Source: an uncultured Gemmatimonadales bacterium (GTDB lineage: Bacteria > Gemmatimonadota > Gemmatimonadetes > Gemmatimonadales > GWC2-71-9). From it: DNA of 64,000 nt. Positions 47,264 to 56,201 of the stretch are shown one piece after another (the first letter of the stretch is position 1; every line of letters starts with the position of its first letter). The position numbers and the translations under genes are program-made. The stretch spans positions 149,834 through 213,833 of the forward strand of contig CAWJCZ010000001.1 of NCBI GenBank assembly GCA_963841505.1, given 5' to 3'. The notes under the pieces are model-generated. The model made no database searches. It saw only the letters and a list, made by a program, of their open reading frames with translations, and was not told where the DNA came from.

Positions 47264-48759
47264 TCAATAGCGGTAATGCTCGGGCTTGTACGGGCCCTCG
47301 ACCTTGACCCCGATGTACTCGGCCTGATCGGGCCGGAGCTGGGTCAGCTTCACGCCCAGCTTGTCGAGATGGAGCCGAGCCACCTGCTCGTCGAGGTGTC
47401 TTGGGCAGGATGTAGACCTGCTTCTGGTACTTCGACGCGTACTTGTGCAGCTCGATCTGCGCCATCACCTGGTTGGTGAAGCTGGCCGACATCACGAAGC
47501 TCGGGTGGCCGGTGGCGCAGCCCAGGTTGAGGAGCCGTCCCTCGGCGAGGATCAGCACGCTGTGGCCGTCGGGGAAGACGAATTCGTCGTACTGCGGCTT
47601 GATATTGATCCGCTTGATCCCCTTGATCTTCTTGAGCCCGGCCATGTCGATCTCGTTGTCGAAGTGGCCGATGTTCCCGACGATCGCCTTGTCCTTCATC
47701 CGCGCCATGTGCTGGCGCGGTGATCACGTCGTGGTTTCCGGTCGCGGTGATGAACACGTCGGCGGTCTCGACCACGTCGTCCACGGTGGTCACCTGGAAC
47801 CCTTCCATCGCCGCCTGCAACGCGCAGATCGGATCGATCTCGGTGATGACCACCCGGGCTCCCTGGCCCTTGAGCGCCTGGGCGCATCCCTTGCCGACCT
47901 CGCCGTAGCCGCAGACCACCGCGACCTTCCCGGAGAGCATCACGTCGGTGGCGCGGTTCAGCCCGTCGATGACCGAGTGGCGGCAGCCGTAGATGTTGTC
48001 GAACTTCGACTTGGTCACCGAGTCGTTCACGTTGATGGCGGGGAAGAGCAGGGTGCCCTTCTCCATCATCTCGTAGAGCCGCCGCACCCCGGTGGTGGTC
48101 TCTTCGGAGACGCCCACGATGCCGGCCGCCACCCTGGTCCAGCGTCCCGGGTGCTTCTTCTGCTCGGCGCGGAGGAGGTCCAGGATCACGCCCCACTCCT
48201 CGGGCTCCTTGTCGGCATCGAAGCCCGGGACCTTGCCGGCCTTCTCGAACTCGGCGCCCTTGTGGATCAGGAGGGTGGCGTCGCCGCCGTCATCGAGCAG
48301 CAGGGTCGGGCCCGACCCGTCGGGCCACATGAGGGCCTGGTCGGTGCACCACCAGTATTCCTCGAGGGTTTCGCCCTTCCAGGCGAAGACCGGCGTGCCC
48401 TGCGGGTTAGCCGGCGTGCCGAGCTTCCCGACCACGACCGCGGCAGCGGCCTGGTCCTGGGTCGAGAAGATGTTGCAGGAGACCCACCGGACGTCGGCAC
48501 CCAGCTCCGTCAGGGTTTCGATCAACACGGCTGTCTGTATGGTCATGTGGAGCGAGCCCATGATCTTCGCCCCGGCCAGGGGCCGCTCCCCGGCCAGCTC
48601 GGCGCGGAGGGCCATCAGGCCCGGCATTTCCTGCTCGGCGAGGCGGATCTCCTTGCGCCCAAGCTCGGCGAGCGAAAGGTCCCGCACCTTGAATGCGGGC
48701 CGGCCCGATTCGCGGGCCGGGGTGAAGGCGTCGGGCGGAAGGGTCGCTGTGGACGTCAT
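47264..48759 (-). CDS. ahcY: adenosylhomocysteinase, two frame breaks (~47715, ~47405)
   Basis: [63 protein letters not shown], and C-terminus [15 protein letters not shown] at 47264. ORFs 47350..48804 and 47247..47708 plus a third frame are involved. Confidence 0.9.
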
Positions 48760-48821
48760 GCGGCATGAGCTCCGTCGAAGTAGTTGAAAACTAACATCCG
48801 ACACACTTTCATTCAGGTCTT

Positions 48822-49355
48822 ATGCAAATCCGATTCCTCGCCCTGATGGCCGCGCTCTCTGCCGGTGGCACCGGCCTGCTCACCGCCCAGGAACAACCCA
48901 AGCCGGTCGAGAAACCCCAGCCTCCGAAGAAGCCCACGGTGGACTTCTCGAAATTCAAGTTCATGGAAGGGTGCTGGCGCGGCCAGACCGACAAGGACGA
49001 CTTCGTCGAGGAGAACTGGACTTCGCCGTCGGAAAACCTGCTCCTCGCGACCACCCGGTATCTCACCAAGGATCGCGCCACCGGATACGAATTCACCCGG
49101 ATTCAGTGGGTCGATTCCATGGTGGTGTTCGCCGCGTCGAGCGATGGCAAGCCGGAGGACGTCTATCCGCTCAAGACCCTGGCGGATGAGTACGTCCTGT
49201 TCGAGAATCCCGCCAAGAAGGGATTTCCCACCCGCATCATCTACCGCATGGCGTCGGACGGCTCGCTGATTCCCCGGAACGAAGGAGAGGGGCCGAGCAT
49301 CGAGGTGCGCTTCGAGCGGGTCAAGTGCCCGGGAGCGGACATCAAGATCAAATAG
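48822..49355 (+). CDS. secreted hypothetical protein (DUF6265-like)
   Basis: Signal peptide. FMEGCWRGQTDKDDFVEENWTSPSENLLLATTRYL...YEFTRIQ pattern. The family call is tentative. Confidence 0.5.
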   Translation: MQIRFLALMAALSAGGTGLLTAQEQPKPVEKPQPPKKPTVDFSKFKFMEGCWRGQTDKDDFVEENWTSPSENLLLATTRYLTKDRATGYEFTRIQWVDSMVVFAASSDGKPEDVYPLKTLADEYVLFENPAKKGFPTRIIYRMASDGSLIPRNEGEGPSIEVRFERVKCPGADIKIK

Positions 49356-49364
49356 CCCGCCGAA

Positions 49365-51220
49365 TCAGGGCGAATCGCGACGCTGCTCGGTCGGAGTGCG
49401 GCGGAGCCACTCCTCGATGGCAGGAACCAGCTTCCCGGCGAGCTGCTCCGGCGCGCTCCGGGCGCCATGGTGCGGAAGGAGCGAAGGTAGCGCTGGGCCC
49501 GGGTGTCGAAGACGGCGACGAAGAGCATCAGGCTGTCCCGCCGGGATGTGAGCGAGCTGCGGAGCACCGCTGAGGCCCCCAGGGTCATCCCGAGTACCTG
49601 ATCGCTGCCGAACTGCCGCTCCAGCTCGTCGAGCCGGCCTCCACTCAGCACGTGCACGTTGTTCTGCCGGCGAAGGGTCTGGACCAGGGAGTCGGTCACC
49701 GCCGACGCGACATCGCCAGATCACGCTCCCGGCTCACATCCACCACATCGAGCACCACCAGACGATGGGGGCCGCGCGGTGCTGGCCGGCCGGGGGAGCG
49801 GCGAGCTCGGGTGGGAAGCGCCACGCCAGGGCGCTGGTGGGAATTCTGCCCCGGAGGTTCCGCATCACGCGAGGGTCCGCAGCACCGAATCGCCGATGGC
49901 GTGTTCGACCAGGATCCGGACCGAATCCATTCCTTCAGGGTGACCCCGGGGCCGGTGCGGATGGTGATCGTGGCGTTCCGGCCACCACTTCCCCACCGCG
50001 TCGGGAGCCACCGGAGCGGGGCGGCGCCTGGGTGGCCGCCTTCCCGGACTGCTGGTTCGCGGTCCCGATGGGTGCCGGACTCACCGTGCCTCGCTGCTCC
50101 AGGATGCGGCGGGCAAACGCGGCGGCGATGGCTTCCGAATCAGCGCGGGTTAGGGCGCCCTGGGTCGAAGTCCGGATCGAATCCGGCGCCGGCGCGACCG
50201 GCTCGGGCCTGGCTTTCCGGTGCGCCCCCAGCATGGCGTAGGTGCTCAGGCTGGCCGCCAGGAGCATGATCAGCGTGCTGCCCACGAGGACCTGCGCCGG
50301 GGCGCCTTGGGCATGTGGGCGAGCCCCAGTGCGCGACTGATCGCGGGCATCCCGCCCGAGGTGAGCCGCAGCCTGGACAGGGCGCCCAGCAGCTCGTCCG
50401 CGGAACTCCAGCGCGACTCAGGAGCCTTCTCCAGGCACCGCATGATCAGGTCGGAGAGATCAGAGGGGATATCGGAGCGGCGAAGGTGGGGCGGGGTGGG
50501 CCGCTCGGTCATCTGCCGGGCCAGGGTCTGCTGGGGCGAGGAGCCGCTGAACGGGGAGGACCCCGAGAGCAGCTCGTACCCGAGAAGTCCCACCGCGTAG
50601 AGGTCGATGCGGTGGTCGGCCGCTGGGTCGGCGGCAAGCTGCTCCGGCGCCATGTAGGCCGGGGTACCCACCGCGATCCCGATCGTGGTGGCGGCGGTTC
50701 CGGGGAGCGCCTCGCTGATCGCCTTGGCCACCCCGAAATCGGTGACCAGAGCGTGATTCCGCTGGAGCAGAATGTTCTCCGGCTTGATGTCGCGGTGGAT
50801 CAGCCCGCGTCCGTGAGCGTACGCGAGGGCATCCACCACGTCCTGGAGAATGGAGACGACGGTGGCCGCCGGCAGCCGCTTGTCACGATCCAGGCGGGAG
50901 CGCAGGGTTTCGCCCTCGACCAGCGGCATCGTGTAGTACAGGATGTCGCCGACCTGACCCGCGGTGAGCAGCGGAACGATGTGGGGGTGCTGGAGCCGGG
51001 CGGCGAACTGGATCTCCCGGCGAAACCGCTCCCGGTTGACCCCGGCGGTGAGCTCGGGTGGCAGGACCTTGATGACCACCCGGCGGCCGAGGGCGCGTTC
51101 GGTCCCGACGAACACGCGGCTCATCCCGCCCCCGATTTCGCGCTCGATCTCGTAGGTCGAGTCGAGCGCTCCCCGGAGGGTGCTCAGCAGTCCCGGATCG
51201 GGAGAAGCAAAGGATGACAT
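49365..51220 (-). pseudogene. Ser/Thr protein kinase with TM and TolB-N/LpoB-like extracytoplasmic domain, at least 4 frame breaks
   Basis: The kinase domain is intact (HRDIKPENILL, DFGVAK, GTPAYMAPE) in ORF 50270..51220. The TM segment LIMLLAASLSTYAML and downstream RLVVLDVVDVS...AVTDSLVQTLRR... lie in other frames (ORFs 49935..50285, 49241..49699, 49365..49724). Confidence 0.7.
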
Positions 51221-51286
51221 GGAGGCGCCTAAACCTATACGACGCGCCAGGGCTTCAGGTTGTTGCGTCCCGACCCGGACGCCGTC

Positions 51287-51562
51287 CTAGACCTGTGCCG
51301 CCTCCCTGGACTCCCGCTGCCCGGCCAGCATTCGCTCGGTGAAGTCGAGCCGGGATTCCAGCTCGTTGATCCGCCGCTGAAGGTCCTCGATCACCTGATC
51401 GCGTTGCTCGAGCGCGGAATCCAGCCGGGAGTCTTCCTGCTGGTTTCCCCGCTTGCCACGGACTCTCCGCCTGGCCTCTCCCCCCTGACCGAACATCCAT
51501 CGCATCATGGGACCGATCCAGAAGATCGCGAAGAGAACGAACAGCCATGTCGGGAATCTCAT
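51287..51562 (-). CDS. small single-TM protein with coiled-coil tail (PspB-like architecture)
   Basis: The ATG at 51562 forms an ATGA overlap with the PadR stop. TM segment FPTWLFVLFAIFWIGPMM followed by DQVIEDLQRRINELESRLDFTERML. Confidence 0.5.
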   Translation of the reverse strand: MRFPTWLFVLFAIFWIGPMMRWMFGQGGEARRRVRGKRGNQQEDSRLDSALEQRDQVIEDLQRRINELESRLDFTERMLAGQRESREAAQV

Positions 51563-52158
51563 TCGACGCCTCCCTTGTTCCATTCGGCTTCGATTTCAGT
51601 CGCGGCCCGATTCAGAATCTCGACGATTTTCGGTACGGCGGGATGTCCCGGTCCAAACCGCCAGGCCCGCTTGTACGAGGCGCGTGCGACTCGGCCGAAG
51701 GCCTGGTGCAGGTCGCCCATGGGCCCCCCGGCAACGTCCCGCACCGTGTCGCGAAGCCGGTCGAAAATGCTCTCGACCGCGTCCTTGTGCTCGGTGAGGA
51801 AGGCCTCGCCCTCGGGGGTGATGTGGTAGACTTTCTTGCCGTTCTCTTCCACCACCCTGACGTACCCTTGATCCTCGAGGAGCTGGAGCGTCGGGTAAAC
51901 GGTTCCCGGCGACGCGGTGTAGCACCCCGCGAGACGCTCTTCCAGGGCTTTGATGACTTCGTAGCCGTGACGGGGCTTTTCCTTGAGTAGGCGGAGGATG
52001 ACAAACTTGACCTCTCCCGACTCAAACATCGGAGCCCGCCTGCGGTGGCGGTTCCGGTGACGTCCCGACCCAGCCCGGAATCCGAAGACGCCGGGCAGGT
52101 CGAACGCGAAGAAGTCAGAAAAACCGCCTAACCCCCAGTCGTCATGTGACTTACGCAT
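51559..52158 (-). CDS. PadR family transcriptional regulator
   Basis: VKFVILRLLKEKPRHGYEVIKALEERLAGCYTASPGTVYPTLQLLEDQGYV is the PadR winged-helix signature. Confidence 0.85.
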   Translation of the reverse strand: MRKSHDDWGLGGFSDFFAFDLPGVFGFRAGSGRHRNRHRRRAPMFESGEVKFVILRLLKEKPRHGYEVIKALEERLAGCYTASPGTVYPTLQLLEDQGYVRVVEENGKKVYHITPEGEAFLTEHKDAVESIFDRLRDTVRDVAGGPMGDLHQAFGRVARASYKRAWRFGPGHPAVPKIVEILNRAATEIEAEWNKGGVE

Positions 52159-52238
52159 AAGATACCTGGTGAGATGTTACGGACGATAGCTCTTACGATA
52201 TATCGGCAAATCTAGTTTCGAAAGGGGGTTCCAGGCCC

Positions 52239-53375
52239 GTGCTTGTCGTCGCTGGTCTGCTCCTGGCCGGAAGCCTTCTGATCTGGCTCGATCTCTGGTT
52301 CGGTCTCCGGCAGCTGCCCCAGCTTCTGAGTCTCCCCGCCCAGCCGCACGGCCCGATGGTTTCGATCATCGTTGCCGCTCGCGATGAAGCCCGAGGGATC
52401 GCTGACGCGGTGGAGTCGTTCCTGGCTCAGGACTACGAATCGCTCGAGGTCATCGGCATCGACGATCGCTCCAGCGATGGCACCGGCGGGATCCTCGACC
52501 GGCTGGCCCGGGAAGACCCGCGGTTGCGGGTTATGCACGTCACCGACCTCCCGGCCGGCTGGCTCGGTAAGAACCACGCGCTCGCCATGGGCGCCGGGGC
52601 CGCTCGGGGCGAATGGCTCCTCTTCACCGACGGCGACGTGGTGCTGGAACCGGGGGCGGTGGGCCGCGCCGTGGGCCATGCCACGGCGAGCGGATTCGAC
52701 CATGTCACCATCCTGCCCGATCTCCTGGTGCCCGGCTACTGGTTGCAGGTCTTCGTGACCGCCTTCGCCGTCTGGGGCCTTGCCGCGGCCCGACCCTGGC
52801 GGGTTGGGAAACCGGGAAGCCAGCGCCATGTCGGGGTCGGAGCCTTCAACCTGGTTCGCGCTTCCTCCTATCGCGGTGCGGGGGGGCACGAGGCGATCCG
52901 GCTCCGCCCCGATGACGACCTGAAGCTTGGCAAGTTGCTGCTGCGGAGTGGCGCCCGCACGACGGTTCTTCGCGGGCTCCGCGGCGTCAGGGTGGAATGG
53001 TACAGCACGCTCGGAGCCGCGATCGACGGCCTGATGAAAAACTCGTTCGCGGTGGTGGAATACCACGCCACGCTCGCTTTGGGCGGCGTGCTGCTCTATC
53101 TCGTGGCGGGCCTGGGGCCGCTCGGGGTGATTATCGCCGGCGGTGCCGCCGCCAAGGCTCTGGGTGCGGCGGCGCTGGTCTTCCAGGTGCTGGCGGCCTG
53201 GACCATGAGCAGGGAGGTGCCGACCCGGGCCGCTGCGGCGCTGATGTTCCCGGCCGGCTGTCTCCTGCTTGGCTGGGTGGTGCTTCGCGCGACCGTGCTG
53301 ACCCTCGGGCAAAAGGGAATCCGCTGGCGGGGAACCTTCTATTCGCTGGAGGAGCTGCGGCGGAACCGGATCTGA
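52239..53375 (+). CDS. glycosyltransferase family 2, membrane-bound
   Basis: VSIIVAARDE...IGIDDRSSDGT...GKNHALAMGAGAARGEWLLFTDGDV (DxD context), followed by C-terminal TM segments. Confidence 0.75.
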   Translation: MLVVAGLLLAGSLLIWLDLWFGLRQLPQLLSLPAQPHGPMVSIIVAARDEARGIADAVESFLAQDYESLEVIGIDDRSSDGTGGILDRLAREDPRLRVMHVTDLPAGWLGKNHALAMGAGAARGEWLLFTDGDVVLEPGAVGRAVGHATASGFDHVTILPDLLVPGYWLQVFVTAFAVWGLAAARPWRVGKPGSQRHVGVGAFNLVRASSYRGAGGHEAIRLRPDDDLKLGKLLLRSGARTTVLRGLRGVRVEWYSTLGAAIDGLMKNSFAVVEYHATLALGGVLLYLVAGLGPLGVIIAGGAAAKALGAAALVFQVLAAWTMSREVPTRAAAALMFPAGCLLLGWVVLRATVLTLGQKGIRWRGTFYSLEELRRNRI

Positions 53376-53411
53376 TTGCTCACTCGAGGTGGGCGTTCGG
53401 CAGCGCGGTCT

Positions 53412-53945
53412 TTATGCTGGTTTCAGGCGGTCGGCGTATTTGCTGCGGAGCTTGGCGACCTTGGGTCCGATGGTGGCGCTGCAGTAGGCCTTGTCCGGAT
53501 TGCGCCGGTAGTAGTCCACGTGATACGGCTCCGCCGGATAGAACTCTTTCGCGGGGGAAAGCTCGGTCACGATCCGGTCGGAGAACGTCGCGTTCCGCTC
53601 GAGCTCGCGAATCGTTTCCTCCGCCTGCCGCTTCTGTTCTTCCGAATGATAGAAAATCGCGGATCGATACTGGGTCCCCTCATCGTGGCCCTGGCGGTTC
53701 AGCGTGGTCGGATCGTGGAACCCGAAAAAGAACTCGAGCAGCTCGCGGTAGGAAATTTCCTCGGGGTCGAACCGGACTTCGATCGCTTCGGCGTGTCCGG
53801 TGGCTCCGGAGCAGACCCGCTCGTAGCTCGGGTTCGGTATCCGACCACCGGTATAGCCGGAGACCACCTGCTCGACGCCTCTGAGGGACTGGAAGATCGC
53901 TTCCATGCACCAGAAGCACCCGCCCGCAAACGTCGCCACTTCCAT
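53412..53945 (-). CDS. msrA: peptide-methionine (S)-S-oxide reductase
   Basis: ATFAGGCFWCMEAIFQ...GYTGG...YERVCSGATGHAEAIEV.FDP...HDPTTLNRQG.D.GTQYRSAIF. Confidence 0.92.
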   Translation of the reverse strand: MEVATFAGGCFWCMEAIFQSLRGVEQVVSGYTGGRIPNPSYERVCSGATGHAEAIEVRFDPEEISYRELLEFFFGFHDPTTLNRQGHDEGTQYRSAIFYHSEEQKRQAEETIRELERNATFSDRIVTELSPAKEFYPAEPYHVDYYRRNPDKAYCSATIGPKVAKLRSKYADRLKPA

Positions 53946-53974
53946 GGGTCATATCCTCGAGCCGGAATGCCTGG

Positions 53975-54370
53975 TCACGGCAGGAATCGCTCCCGCTCTT
54001 CCGGAGTCGGGATCCTGCAGGTGTCGCGCTGTCCAAACCAGCGGAACCGGTGGCTCGCGACGTAGTGGTACACTCGATCGCGGACGGCCGCGGGGATCAC
54101 CCTGACAATCACTGACAGCCTCCAGATGCCCCCGAGGCCAGCCAGGATCGTGAGCACCGCATCGGAGCGGTATCGCAGCCGGCCGGGAGTCTCCAGCGCG
54201 AGGGTGCCGAGGACCGATCCGGTGAGCCAGCCCGGCAACCGCTCCCGGGCGGTCGATCCCTGGAGCGAGGCGAAACGGAATCGTCGGTGCCGGTCGCGCC
54301 GGATGACGAAGTCGACGAACCGGTTGCACAGATTGCAGACACCATCGAAATAGATGACCGCTTCGCCCAC
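53975..54370 (-). CDS. DCC-family thiol-disulfide oxidoreductase (DUF393)
   Basis: VIYFDGVCNLCNRFVDFVIRRD is the DxxCxxC family motif. Confidence 0.75.
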   Translation of the reverse strand: MGEAVIYFDGVCNLCNRFVDFVIRRDRHRRFRFASLQGSTARERLPGWLTGSVLGTLALETPGRLRYRSDAVLTILAGLGGIWRLSVIVRVIPAAVRDRVYHYVASHRFRWFGQRDTCRIPTPEERERFLP

Positions 54371-54408
54371 GCCGGGGTCCTACCGTCCACCCTCCCGGTG
54401 TCCGGCTC

Positions 54409-54924
54409 CTACATTCCGCCCGACTGGCTCGACGGCGGCACCATGTTCTTGAGCCGGAAGTAGGTGACCAGGTTGCCGTAGTGTTCGTTGTTGTGAGCGA
54501 CGTTGAACATGAGGCCCCAGAGCTTGTTGCCTTTCATGTTCTCGAATGGCATCGCGATCGGGTCGCCCAGCGTCGCGGCGGGAATCTTGTAAGCCTTGTC
54601 GCAATAGGCGAACGCGCTCTTGAGACCCTGAATCGCGGCGGTCCGGCTGGTGGCTTTTTCGTACTGCATGGTCTGGGGGCTCTTCTCGCCCAGGACGATC
54701 GAGCAGAACATGTAATTCGCGTCGGCCACGTGCCCGATGATCTCGCCGAAGCTCCGAACCTCTGGGGTCGGCTTGAAGGACCAGTTCGCCTCCGGCATCT
54801 GTTCCGCCGACTTGATCAGCCATCCTTTGCCCATCTCGTAGATCGGGGTAACCGCTTCGAGTCCCTGCGCCGCGGCCACGCCGGGCACCGCCAGCATCAG
54901 CACCACTGCCAACCGGGTCTGCAT
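54409..54924 (-). CDS. DinB-superfamily protein, secreted
   Basis: Signal peptide MQTRLAVVLMLAVPGVAAAQG. Contains FGEIIGHVADANYMF and HNNEHYGNLVTYFRL (the His triad context of the DinB fold). Confidence 0.65.
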   Translation of the reverse strand: MQTRLAVVLMLAVPGVAAAQGLEAVTPIYEMGKGWLIKSAEQMPEANWSFKPTPEVRSFGEIIGHVADANYMFCSIVLGEKSPQTMQYEKATSRTAAIQGLKSAFAYCDKAYKIPAATLGDPIAMPFENMKGNKLWGLMFNVAHNNEHYGNLVTYFRLKNMVPPSSQSGGM

Positions 54925-55091
54925 CGTATCCTCCTCAAACTGCGGGTTAGGTCGGGCGTCGGGCCGGGCCGCCGGACCCTGCCCGGCGCCGGACTCCCCG
55001 GACCGGCCGGTCCGGAAGCCGGGTTACCGGCCGGTTCCGGGGGACCAAACATGCCACCCCGGGCGCTCCCTGTCCACCGTATTATTCCCGG

Positions 55092-56201
55092 ATGAGCGCC
55101 GGCCCCCCTGACCTGGCTTCCGAACCCCCGGCCTCCCGGCTCCGTCCCAGCCCGCTCGCTATTCTGGCTTTTCTCGCGGTGGCCTATACCCTGTATTTCG
55201 CCCGGGCCTTTCTGCTCCCGGTCACCTTCGCGGTCCTCCTGAATTTCGTGCTGGGGCCGGTGGTGCGGGTGCTGGGTCGGTTGCGGATCCCCACCGGCGT
55301 CGGGTCGGCCCTGGTGGTGCTGGGGCTGGTGGGGACCGTCGGGTTCGGGGTGTACAAGCTCGCCGGCCCGGTCCAGGCCTGGGGAGAAAAGGCCCCCCAG
55401 GCGATCGCGGGAGCCGAGCGCGAGCTGCGCAAACTGTTTCGTCCCTTCGAGCGGGTGAGCCAGACCGCCAAGCAGGTGGAGAGCGCCGCCGGTCAGGTCG
55501 GAGGCGTCGAGCCGACCAAGGCCCAGGAGGTCGTGGTCCGGGGGCCGACCCTCCTGTCCCGGCTGTTCGGCTCGAGCTCCCGGGCGGTGGCGGCGCTCCT
55601 GGAGATCGCGATCCTGCTGTATTTCCTGCTCGCGGCGGGCGACCTGTTTCTCCGGAAGCTCATCAAGCTGCTTCCCAATCTCACCGACAAGCTGACCGCG
55701 GTCCGGATTGCCCGGCAGACCCAGGCCTCGATCTCGACCTACCTGGGCACCGCGGCGCTGATCAACCTGATCGAAGGGCTGGTGGTGGCGGCGGCGATGC
55801 AGCTGATCGGCATGCCTAACCCGCTGCTCTGGGGCGCGGCGGCGTTTCTCCTCGAATTCGTTCCCTATCTCGGCGCGGCCCTCCTGACCGTGGTTCTCTT
55901 CGTGGCCGGCCTCTCCACTTTCCACCAGCTGGGACCCGCCCTGCTGCCCCCCGGCGCCCTGATCCTGATCAACCTGCTCCAGGCCAACCTGCTCTACCCG
56001 GTGCTCCAGGGGCGCCGGCTCGCGCTCAACCCGGTGGCGGTGTTCATCGGGATCGCATTCTGGTACTGGATCTGGGGCGTGGCGGGCGCGTTCGTGGCGG
56101 TGCCGATCCTCGCGACCCTCAAGATCTGCGGGGATCACATCGAAGGACTCTCGCCGTTGGGCGAGTTTCTCGGCGCCCGGGACGAAACCCCGCTGCCATG
56201 A
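55092..56201 (+). CDS. AI-2E (PerM/UPF0118) family transporter
   Basis: Polytopic. Contains ...AAFLLEFVPYLGAALLTVVLFVAG... and ...NPVAVFIGIAFWYWIWGVAGAFVAVP..., typical of AI-2E. Confidence 0.75.
   Translation: MSAGPPDLASEPPASRLRPSPLAILAFLAVAYTLYFARAFLLPVTFAVLLNFVLGPVVRVLGRLRIPTGVGSALVVLGLVGTVGFGVYKLAGPVQAWGEKAPQAIAGAERELRKLFRPFERVSQTAKQVESAAGQVGGVEPTKAQEVVVRGPTLLSRLFGSSSRAVAALLEIAILLYFLLAAGDLFLRKLIKLLPNLTDKLTAVRIARQTQASISTYLGTAALINLIEGLVVAAAMQLIGMPNPLLWGAAAFLLEFVPYLGAALLTVVLFVAGLSTFHQLGPALLPPGALILINLLQANLLYPVLQGRRLALNPVAVFIGIAFWYWIWGVAGAFVAVPILATLKICGDHIEGLSPLGEFLGARDETPLP

Noticed and set aside
42846-50290. Programmed ribosomal frameshifting as an explanation for broken genes.
   Set aside because: There are far too many sites (~19 in one gene), in both directions, without slippery heptamers or conserved downstream structures. 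Indel error or decay is the more economical explanation.
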